A stretch of DNA of 62,957 nucleotides, the filler included, from Craspedostauros australis (lineage: Eukaryota): the NCBI GenBank assembly GCA_030167865.1. It is 13 parts of 13 records of this genome, joined end to end, with 100 filler letters (N's around TTAATTAATTAA, not from the genome) between each part and the next. Parts side by side here need not be neighbours in the genome. Positions count along the whole stretch, not along the records: positions 47,229 to 54,365 come from JALAGF010006638.1; positions 54,466 to 58,469 come from JALAGF010006639.1; positions 58,570 to 62,957 come from JALAGF010006640.1; 10 more parts are not named here. One strand, 5' to 3'. The notes under the pieces are model-generated. The model did no database searches. It was not told where the DNA came from and saw only the letters and a program-made list of their open reading frames with translations. Of this stretch, positions 50,424 through 60,988 are shown piece after piece (positions within the stretch are counted from its first letter, which is position 1; each line of letters opens with the position of its first letter). Position numbers and translations under genes: made by a program.

Positions 50424-53400
50424 CCCATGTGAGCGAGTGGACCAACCTTTGGTAAAGTAGAGTGGCACTTTTTCCTCGATTTCAACACAACCAAGCATAT
50501 AAACCAACTCATTATAGTCTCCATAGCAACAGAAAAATTACCCAGAGCCTTGAAGTCCGTAGTTTAGGTTTTATGGACCTGTCAATGTGCACATTTTTGG
50601 ACTACTCCTAAACTGAGCGATAGACATCCGACAAGTTCGATCCAAAATAACGTGTTNGTGTTCTTGGTTTTGGCGAATTTGTTCACATTTTGAATTAATT
50701 AGTCCTTATTTTGTTCCTCCATTTTCGCCACCAGTCTCCGTCTCATCCTCGTGCGAATCGCATCCCTCACTTCTTGCGGGACCATCTCTTCGTTCTCCGC
50801 GTGCCTCCTGGTGGTGTTGGCCTCACACCACATCCTATTCTCCCTTTCCTCTTCTTCCATCTCTTCCTCTTCTTGGCTCTTCTGCTTGTCTGATGGTTTC
50901 GTACCTGTTGGTTCCATAGCAGTTGCTGTTGCCGTTGCTGTTGGTGATGGTGGTGATGGTGATGATCCTGATGCCGTTTTTTTGTTGTTGTTGGTCGTAC
51001 CTGCTGCCGAGGCTGTTTTCTTCGCGTCTCGTTGTGAGCTGTAGTACGCCGCGGTCAGGTGCGATTTCACGCGCATTGGACTTCCGTGCAATTGNNNNNN
51101 NNNNNNNNNNNNNNNNNNNNNNNNNNNNNNNNNNNNNNNNNNNNGACTTCCGTGCAATTGCGTGAACCAATCAGTCTCTGTTCCCTCCAGCTCCATCAAT
51201 CGGCGGTGCGCTTCGTGTTCTGTTGGTCAGTTTTTCGGGTCCTTTTTGGCGGCCGTGCTCATTTCATCCAATTTCTGCAGTACGTACCGTGGTAACTCCG
51301 CGTTGCGGCGCGTTGTTTTCACTGCCCAGCCCTTCACCGCGAGTCGGGGGATTTCGGCTTCCGCGGTCTGGTCTTTCAATTTTGCGGTGTGGTCGTGTGG
51401 TAGCTCTCCTTGCCCCATCTCCAATGCATCGCGAAACACGAGCGCCTTGCTCTCCACCGCGGTAGCGCCCCACTTTCGCGTCTTCTTCTTCTTCTTTGGC
51501 GATTCGGCGGTGAACGGTTCCTTTCCTGACATGTGCGTTGCGATCGTGTGGACACCCAGCCGGTTGATTTCCCATCCCTCCCACTCCACACACGGGACAA
51601 GTACGTCATCTGTGACGCCAGATGCCGCCACCAAATTGGCCTCATCGTCTCCGAACTTGACCTCGTGCGTTTGGCGTACCTTTTGGCCTTTCGCGCAGAA
51701 ACGCTTCTTTGGCATGCCGGGGAAACTCAGGACACGCCCCTCGAGGCATTCTGCATCCACCAAAACCGTGGTTGTTCCTGCAATGTTGCCAGCTTCCAAT
51801 GCGTCGAAAAGTTGGTGTTCCGTTTTGATGTCATTGTCCTCCAGCACGTACGCTCGCAGTACAACAGTGATGTACGCAAAGTGCGTGTCGAGGCGGCCTT
51901 TGCCTGTTTGGGCTTCGGTGTAGATCCAGGCAGAAATCTTCGGGACATTTCGCGTTCCGAGGTTCTTGTTCAGCACTGATGTGATCAGCGGGATGTGCTC
52001 GTGGCTCGCGAAACAAGACGCGTTATCGGATTGGATGACAATTTCGGTGACCAATGGAAGAATTTTTCTCACCTGTTGTTGCACAATTTCGAGAAGCCTG
52101 CCAACTTGGAGGGTGTCTTGAGTTGGCCTCCCCTTCACAATGATATCGATGAAGCGATAAGTGAATGTGTCATTGTGACATGTGATCACCATCGCACCCA
52201 ACAGAGACATGCCCTTCTTGCCCCAGTATTCTTGTTGAGCTTCGCCTTGGCCAGTCGGAAGAGTTTTCTGTTTGTGGTCCAGCACCACATGTGCGCGATC
52301 CTCTCGGTTGTTGATACTTTGGAGGTACTGCTCAATTTTTCCGAATTGAACCTTGCTGCGCACTTGTGTGCCATGTACCACAGTATTTCGTTGTTGAACC
52401 CTGGTGCGGCATTGAGCATCGACTCCAATTCTGTCGCGTGTTCCGCAAGGTGATCTTCCATAAGCGATGTCACAAAAGGGACATATCAGTCGTCCACAAA
52501 ACGCATCACCCCTGCACAACGGTTACATACTCCAGTGTGTTGTTTGTCTGTGGTGGCGCAAGGCTGTTCGTTTTTGGTAGTGGTGGTGTCATTGGCAGCA
52601 GTATCTGTCACAAAAGTGATGTCAGGAATATCAATTGTGATGGTTGGAGTGTCGTTGGTGGCAGAAGCGATGTCATTTGTTTGAGTGATCTTCTTCCTGA
52701 GCTTGTGCTTGTTGGTACGCGTTCTGGTTGATTGGGATTGTTTNNNNNNNNNNNNNNNNNNNNNNNNNNNNNNNNNNNNNAATTGAGCTGAGTGCATTGG
52801 GTCATCACACTCCATCTGCATGTGAGAGGCAGTGAATTCCCATTTGACGAAGACAACAAGAAGCTCCAATGAGTACAACAGAGACTCCGCTGTGCGCAGA
52901 TGCCGGAAAATCACGTCATTCTCGTCCTCAGTGCCGTTTGTTGTGGGATACTTAGCCTTCAAAAGTGTGACAAGGCGCGAGATCGTGCGTTTGAGAGTTA
53001 GCATTGCCAACAAAAAGTGGCTTTCGAAGGAAGACAGCCCTGTGTTCACTTTGCCACATCGTGTTAGTAGCTTTGTCATCTCTTTGAATGCTGGTTCGCC
53101 CACTGGGTTGGTGGTGGTAGTCTTGTACATGTCGAATAGCGCCACGACACTTTTTCCTCCACGATCGAAGACTGGAACGTTGTCGAATACAACTCCTTCC
53201 CACTCCACTGCGTGGCACAAACCAGCCTTGTACGTGGTCGTAGTGCAGAGAAACGACACCACACCAGACAAAGCACACGCAGTCACACGGTATTGGAGAA
53301 TTTTGGGCGGAATGGTTTCCCCATCACTCAACATGTCGTGGTAACGATGCAATGTGTTATGTTGGCTTTTAGTGACACTTAATCGATTACTATGTACACG

Positions 53401-54365
53401 CACGCGTTGTTCCTCTGGCAATCCATTGACGTATCCAGTGAGAATGTCTGTGCATGTTGTTGGAGACGCAGACTCCGCGAAAACGGCTCTCGCACAGAGG
53501 TGCATGAGCTTGCTCCCTCCAACACATATGCGGTACAGATTTGGTGCAAGTGTCGTTGGTGGCAGTGGTTGCCCAGCTCGGACAAATTGCACCACCTCAT
53601 GCATCTGGCAAGTCGGTGTCGCTTCTTTCGGGAGCAATACATCCCAGCGTGCAGAAGCAATTGGTGCCCAGAGCCATTTGATGTTGCACCAGACTTGCTT
53701 GTTGTGTTTTCCTCCAATCGCGAATCCCGTCTTCGGCATACAGTCGAACAGTTCTGGAGAAAGGCCAGACTTAACCAAACCTGCGACACGGACCAACGCA
53801 TCGCGACGCCATCCTCTCGCCGTTTTCTGCATGAGTCTGTTGCGTCCTGTTCGCTTCCTCCTGCGATCATGGCCATCCACGTAGTCGTCGTCGCTGTCAA
53901 CATCAACTCAGGTGGAAGCGGCTCCAGCGACAGCGTTTGCGTGTCGTGCAGTGCTTGCGCGGGTAGTTGGTTTGGCAGGAGACTCAACGGGAGGTGGCAC
54001 GTTCACACTGATGTCTACCACTGTGATAGCACCAACACCTTGTCCAACCGTACGCAGTGTGACCATTGGTGTATCAAAGATGACACCAGCCGCACTGGAC
54101 AGGCGCACGTCAACGCGCNNNNNNNNNNNNNNNNNNNNNNNNNNNNNNNNNNNNNNNNNNNNNGACATGCGCCAAAGTTGGAACAAGGTTGCTGTCCACC
54201 GGAAGCATCGGCTTCACCTCGATCGCGTGAGTGATGTCGGTGGGCTTCCGCAATCCAGTAGACAGCTTGTCAGGCAACAGCTGCTCATGAGTAGGTGCCA
54301 AGTTGCCATCCGAATCAAAAGGAGAATCGAGAGGGGCAGCACAGGAACGAGGCTTCTTACGAGGA
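50424..54365 (-). mobile_element. Sola3-like DNA transposon, nearly complete gene plus 3' terminus
   Basis: Terminus CCCATGT-GAGCGAGTGGACC at 50424-50443 abuts the copia fragment. Transposase 54365-50699. Confidence 0.75.
50699..54365 (-). pseudogene. Sola3-like transposase (about 1200 aa) with two in-frame stops and at least one frameshift
   Basis: VLDHKQKTLP..EAQQEYWGKKGMS, QSDNASCFASHEH and EAQTGKGRLDTHF. TGA at 52486-52488 and 51227-51229. A 1-nt loss near 52365 would restore YMAHQVRSKVQ. Confidence 0.8.
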
Positions 54366-54465
54366 NNNNNNNNNNNNNNNNNNNNNNNNNNNNNNNNNNN
54401 NNNNNNNNNTTAATTAATTAANNNNNNNNNNNNNNNNNNNNNNNNNNNNNNNNNNNNNNNNNNNN

Positions 54466-56316
54466 CGCAGGAGCACGTGCATGCATCCTCCCAGGATGTA
54501 GTGCAACGCCATGTCGGGAATTGGATCGTTGTTGTATTCCCCCAACAATCGGTTGATGACCGGTCCATTGGCGAGAATCTCTTTGATGGACCAGAAGTTG
54601 TCGCACAGCGTGGTTGCTGCCGTGCACACCCACAGGTGTCGCTCTCCTGCGTCGTCATCATCTGAGTACAAGCGCATGCCTGCCGTCATTACAGCGTTGT
54701 GGATGAGTTGTCGTTGCATGATCTCCACAGTTGCCGTTAGTCGTGGAATCGCATCGTTTCTGAAGTTGATGCCATGTCTGGTGAATTCCATGATCGGCGC
54801 GAATGCGATGTCATATGGATAGACGACCTCTTCATTTGGATTGAATTGATCGTCTTCTACCAATCCGTTGCTGCGATCTTCGTTGAAGATACCCGTTCTG
54901 TTGTTCCCCGCTGCTGGAGGGGGTGGCGCCGCGCCGTTCGTCTCGTCTCCAGAGACGCCGTGGTTGTCTTGATCTGCACCGTTCTTGTTGGTATTGGCAT
55001 CCTCTGCGCTCATGGCCTCTTCGATGTCGATGTCAATGGCCTTGTTGCCCATCTCGGCTCCGTCGCCGTATGGACCGATCAGGTCGTGCGCGTTGAAGCA
55101 GCATTTGTAGCTCACTTTGCGTCTTGGATCCACCTCGTGGATGATTGGCTCCTCGCTGAGCCACTCCGGGACGATCCCATCGTCCTGTACTTCGTCGTCA
55201 CTTTTGATGCACTCGAAGTTTTTGAAGAAGGAGTCGTCAATGTAGTTGTCAGACACCAACATGCAGAGCGGCATGTCCTTTGCTGAGAGTACCATCTTGT
55301 GTCCGCTCTTGTCATGTCCTTGTGTTGCTGTGTTGGCCTGCTCGTCAGCCTTCTTCTTCTCGTTGAACTTCTTCTTTCGGCGCTCTGCCTCGCAGTGTCC
55401 AAAGATGCCACAGTAGTTGCACTTCCTGTTGAAGCCGTTTCCCTTGTTGCGGTTGTTGTTGCGCTTTCCGTTCATTTTGTTGTTGTTGTTTTTCTTGTTG
55501 TTCGATTTCTTACGCTCGGGGCAATCCGCAGATCTGTGACCATACACACCACAGTTGTGGCAGGTCCCCTTGAAGTTACTGGTGCTCGTGAAGCCGGTGT
55601 CATTGCTCTTCATGTTGCTGTCTTGGAAGTCGTCGACGTACGCCTTTCCTCCTTGGTGAGTAGTGTGTGCTGTGCGGAGTATTCCTCTGGTCGCATTGAT
55701 GGTAACCACTTCCGGATTAAACGTGAGTTGATGATGGAAGCTAACAATGTGTGTTCTGTATTCGCTGCTCACCGTGCTGAGGATTTGCATGATCATCTCC
55801 TCATCGGTGATCGTGTAACCGACATCGTGGAGACACGAGTGTAGGAGCACGAGTCGCGCGATGTAGACGTTGGGGTCCATGTCTCTCTTCATCTTTTCAT
55901 TGTTGAATTGATGCTTGAGTTTGATCTTCGTCGCTGCATCAGATGGACGGAACTTCTCCGCGAGAACATTCCACGCTGCGTGTGGATCTCCTTTGGGATA
56001 ATCGTTGGAGATGCACTGGTTGATGTACTGGATGGCCTACTTGCCTTTTCCTTTCTCTGTATCCATCATGAGGATCAGATCGCTGAAGCAGTCGCATCCC
56101 AGCTTGTAGATCTCTTCCATCGCTTCCTTGGCATCGTCGGCGGCTGCCGCGATCTCACTCACTGTTGGGACCTTGGTCTTGCCCAACATNNNNNNNNNNN
56201 NNNNNNNNNNNNNNNNNNNNNNNNNNNNNNNNNNNNNNNGCGCTGTAGTCTTCCTGTTCACCGCTGAACATCGGCGCCTTGATGCGTCGCTTGTTCATGT
56301 TGGCTGATGTTGCCAT
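54466..56316 (-). mobile_element. Ty1/copia gag with two zinc knuckles and an extra downstream region, disrupted
   Basis: PMFSGEQEDY, UBN2-like DPNVYIARL..ITDEEMIMQILSTVSSEY, CHNCGVYGHRSADC, CNYCGIFGHCEAER (last Cys lost). In-frame TAG at 56037-56039. Confidence 0.85.
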
Positions 56317-56802
56317 GTTGATTTGTTGTTTCGTTGTTGGTGCGCTCGCGCCCTTGATTTCCGTCTGTTTCTGTGTTGTCACTTTTTCGAATTTTGCTAG
56401 TTGTTTCACGGAGAGTGTTTTTATCACAAATTCTCCTCCGGTGGTGTCTCACTTTTCCCACTCTGTTTGGCTGTGCGAATGCTCTCCGTCACACCAGTCT
56501 CCTCTTGCTTGATCGCCTTGAGGATCCTCTTCTCCTTACGGTGTAGTCTTGCAGACCGTTCCTCTTCGGTCTCGTTGATTGCGCTTGCTTCTGTGCCTGA
56601 TAGGACAGTAGCCGCAGCTGCTTCCTTCTCATTTTGAGGTTGAGTCTCACTCGCACCTTCTTCTTGCTTGATAGCCAGATTGGACAGAGGGATGTCTTTC
56701 AATTCCTCTTCCTCGCTCATTCAGCCTGCTGCTCTTGAATGATGTTCGTCTTCCTTGCACGATCCGATCCGTGGGCTCGCCTTGATCTAACGTTTGTAAT
56801 TG

Positions 56803-57592
56803 TGTTGGCAAGTTTCGCAAACGGATACCTTGCGATTGTGGAAGATGGTGTTGTTGTTTGGTGCTGATTCTCTCTACTATTTCATTATGTTGCTACTCCA
56901 ATCCTCTTGGTGTACTCTGTTTCTTTGACCGATGCTCTTGGCACATCTGTTTGATGGTCCGACTATGAGTTGGTATGCAAGCTACTCTCTTGCTCTTGCT
57001 CATGTTCTCTCTCTCTCTCTCTCTCTCTTTGTATTGCATGTTCACACCATGCAATATTCCGTATTCGATGCGTACTCCGCATTTCACTATCTACAGGCTC
57101 ACTACTCCATGAGCAATTGCCAATGCATCCACACTGTATTCCTCCTTGCATATTTATGATCTTGATGTCCCTTGGTCATCAAATCTTTGCCTTCTTGATC
57201 TGATGTGGAGACAGATGTCAATGTGGTGACACAATGACATCTTGTTGATGTCAGCTGTCGGATTCCATGGTCTTTGTCATTCCACATTCCATCGATGATG
57301 TGATGGGTCAGCAAGGGTATCGTCATTTGAGGTTTAGTTGGGAAGTATATCAATCCAGACTTGATATCACATGTTTTGTTGATGGATGGACGAACGATGT
57401 TCCTGATACTCTCAGAAACCGTTGTTTACAGATTTCCTCCAGAAATTCTGTTCGTTTTCGTGTGTTCCATTTCGTGATGTGATTTTGGCAATTCACAGTT
57501 CACTATTGACACGAATGTAGTTGTACCGTCTGTACATGAGTAGAAGATAATAACAGGTGAACGATGCACATACACGAATGTACATCTCGACA
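56803..57592. repeat. LTR-like repeat, 790 bp. Possibly the 5' LTR of the adjacent minus-strand gag, or a solo LTR.
   Basis: TGTTGGCAAG...CATCTCGACA, homologous to 49169-49975, internal (CT)n tract. No TSD or PBS recognised. Confidence 0.75.
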
Positions 57593-58569
57593 CAGGTGTC
57601 AATGATATGTCTACAAGCACATTGGTGTGACAGGGATGGATGGATGGGCGTTTGTTGAATGCCAAGTATGGCACAGCTGAGTATGAGAGGGTAGGGGACT
57701 GTTGTGTTGAAGTATATTTGTTGTTGGGGATTGTTTGTTGGCATGGCTTGGGTTCTTGGCATGGCATGCTTCTTCTTTCACTCTTGATCCCACTGCTGCA
57801 TGAGCTACACAATTGCTCCACGGATGAAGCTGAGTTGGAAGGGCAGGAGGGAGGAGGCAGTGTCGATTGGTGGTCTTGTCAGCGATTTTCTGAATGGTTG
57901 TGTTCAGAGTAGAGCTTGGATTGCCACGCACAAGAAACCAACGCTCCTCCTCGTTGCCAACAACGCGAGTACGCCACGTATCAAAGTACTCAATTATTGG
58001 CATTATTGTCCGTATTTTTGAACAGTGGCTGCTGTTTGGGCAGAAATCAACAAGAAGAGACAAGAATCATGCATTGATTGGCACGCACAAGATACAAAAA
58101 GAGAGAGATCCGGACAGTCAATCAATAATTTTTGTTCAGATTGGGCAAAAACGCGAAAACCAATGTTGGTACCATGAGGAAACAAACAGTTTGACGAAAC
58201 AGTGTGGGCGACAGGAAAGGAAGAAAGCGAATCGTGACGTCACATGGGCATTGGAAAGACCCTAATCCTCACGAAAGTGNNNNNNNNNNNNNNNNNNNNN
58301 NNAGTCTCTATTGCGGGGCTCCCCCTGGCATTGAGTCATCCTGGTGTGTCTCAGTACCCAAGTTCTGGGGCCACTCGAACCCCTCCAATGCATGATAGCC
58401 ACAGGGTACTTGTTGGTGTTCGCCAACTCTGTCATTGATCTTCCTGAATGGTCCTACCAGTCGAAGAATNNNNNNNNNNNNNNNNNNNNNNNNNNNNNNN
58501 NNNNNNNNNNNNNTTAATTAATTAANNNNNNNNNNNNNNNNNNNNNNNNNNNNNNNNNNNNNNNNNNNN

Positions 58570-59398
58570 AGAACCTGTTCCGGTCACTCCTGCGCGAATC
58601 AAGGAGAGGAAAGTTTTGACAACCGCGTCCTGGCTTGAGCGCAACAAAACTGTGGGACTGATTGGTCATCGTCATGAGTACTTGCACGAGAACCATCGTG
58701 TCCTGGGTATTGATTTCGTTCTCCCTGGTGGCACATGTGCGGATGATGTTGAATGCATCATTGTCAACGGCACTCAACTCCACATCAAGGTGGAGGCCAA
58801 TGCAGCACTCACCAATACAACATTGCACCAAGACCGTGAACTGCTTTCCTTGTTCAACCACGACCCAAAAAACAAAAAAGCCCCCGATGCCACCGGATTC
58901 TACCTTCAACAGGAACGCAAACTCGCCTACAAGCGCGCGACAAAGTGTGTCTGGAATTCGGATGAGCCCCAAACTCGTGTGCACCGTGAAGACTTGCCAT
59001 GTGTTGTCGCGGGGATGCTTGACAACAACCCCACCGGCGTTTTTCTCCACATCAACTTCATCGAACCTCTTGTCCCTCTTAACTCATCCACGATCAAAAA
59101 ACAAGAAAGCGCGCGCGTGCCCATGCTACTTGTCCGTATGGTGGAGGCGCTCCCAGACAGAACACTTCCCCTCAAACCGACCAACAGAGCCTCGCGCACT
59201 AATCCCACCACGAAGGCGCTTCGCACCTCCCCACCCAAACAACACGACAAACCCAAGCTTGAAAAATTGTGCGCGCTTCTTGACTCCGGCAGCTTGTCTG
59301 AAGATGACTGCAAGTATGACTTTGTGCCAGCACCAGTCCGCAGCAGAAGCGAGGTAAGTGCTGCGCCCTTGGAACAAACACGAACTGCAATTGATTAA
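58570..59398 (+). CDS. Hypothetical protein, 5' partial
   Basis: 260+ aa open frame with globular composition (IDFVLPGGTCADDVECIIVNGTQLHIKV). No confident family. Confidence 0.5.
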
Positions 59399-60324
59399 TT
59401 AACACTTACTCACACCTCTCTTTTTCCGTTTTGACCGTTGTCCACACATGCGCCTTGTTGCCTTCTGTGCGCACAGCCAGAGATTATCTATCTGTTGAGC
59501 AGCGACAGCGACACTGACCCGATCGTTGCTGACAAGAACGAAGCGAAAGCCAAGCGTCCTGATTGCGTCCTGTCGTACGCACGGAGCAAAGTGAAGGTGG
59601 AACGGGTTGCCAGACCAGAGATCGTCCGCAGCCACCACAATGACCCGCACCAACACGCTGCAAGCATGCGCAGTGTGTTCACCACTCGCTCCTACAGCGA
59701 GGATGCAGCCACCACCAAACACAAAAACACTCACAAAAACAAAGCACACCGCAAAACAACAACACCAACCAACACCAGCAACCACCACATTGGGACCGCC
59801 TCTCACCATGGCAGTCCCGGCCTAAGGAGCAACACACCCAAATGGCACTATGGGTGTGTGGCTCCCACGAAAAAGCGCAAGGACCCTCCCTCCGAGGCGT
59901 CGCCATCCTCCATGGCAGCTTCCATCACAGCATGCGCCAGCAACCAATCCAGCCCNNNNNNNNNNNNNNNNNNNNNNNNNNNNNNNNNNNNNNNNNNNNN
60001 NNNNNCAACATGCCCACACTGACAGATACTGCGGGCAAGGCAGGAGAAGCTGCCTTGGCAAGAGCAGTGGCAGCCAGCAACAGCACAGCATTCGGTGGTG
60101 GGGCCAACACACCCCCACCACCAGATGCATGCAGCACTGCACCACCGAGCACAACATTCGAGGTCCCAGATGTGCTGCCACTGCCAGAAGCAACAGCCTT
60201 GGCAACCTTGGCAGCAGCAGCAGGCAACACACCACACAGCACCAGCACAGGAATCAAGGGCGGGGCCGATGCGCCCCCACTGCCAGGTGCAACAGAACCA
60301 AACACCGGCGACGACTACTAGAGG

Positions 60325-60654
60325 AACAGAGCCAGCAAACAGCAACATCGGACAGCACCAATTATGAAATGAGTGAGCAGCAACAGAGCCAGCAAACAGC
60401 AACATCGGACAGCACCAATCATGAAATGAGTGAGCAGCAACACAGCCAGCAAACAGCAACATCGGACAGCACCAAATATGAAATGAGTGAGCAGCAACAG
60501 AGCCAGAAAACAGCAACATCGGACAGCACCAATCATGAAATGAGTGAGCAGCAACAGAGCCAGCAAACAGCAACATCGGACAGTACCAAATATGAAATGA
60601 GTGAGCAGCAACAGAGCCAGCAAACAGCAACATCGGACAGCACCAATCATGAAA
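60325..60654 (+). repeat. 60-bp minisatellite, about 5.5 copies
   Basis: Unit CAGAGCCAGCAAACAGCAACATCGGACAGCACCAAWYATGAAATGAGTGAGCAGCAA..., reading QQSQQTATSDSTNHEMSEQQ in one open frame. Confidence 0.95.
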
Positions 60655-60988
60655 AGAAAGCGGAATCGCCACAAACAGTCCAACCCACAAGCCAACAGAA
60701 ACAAATACGAGACAACCCCCACAAAGACAGAAACAAAAAAGCGGAAGAGATGAAACCAACGTCGCAAGACATAATGAAATAACCAACCACCCCATGCAAC
60801 ACAACATCGCAACTGTGCTGCGCTGAAATCAATAGTAACATGTTCGTCGTCGGGAGTACAAGCCCATCAAACTGAACTAGTGAAAGTGCGGTCAAAATCA
60901 TGACCCCAGCATCGGCTGGGGAAAGTCCAATGACGTGTGTTGGTGCAGATGGCAACCAATAGTATGGTATCCCATGTCGTTGCTAAGA

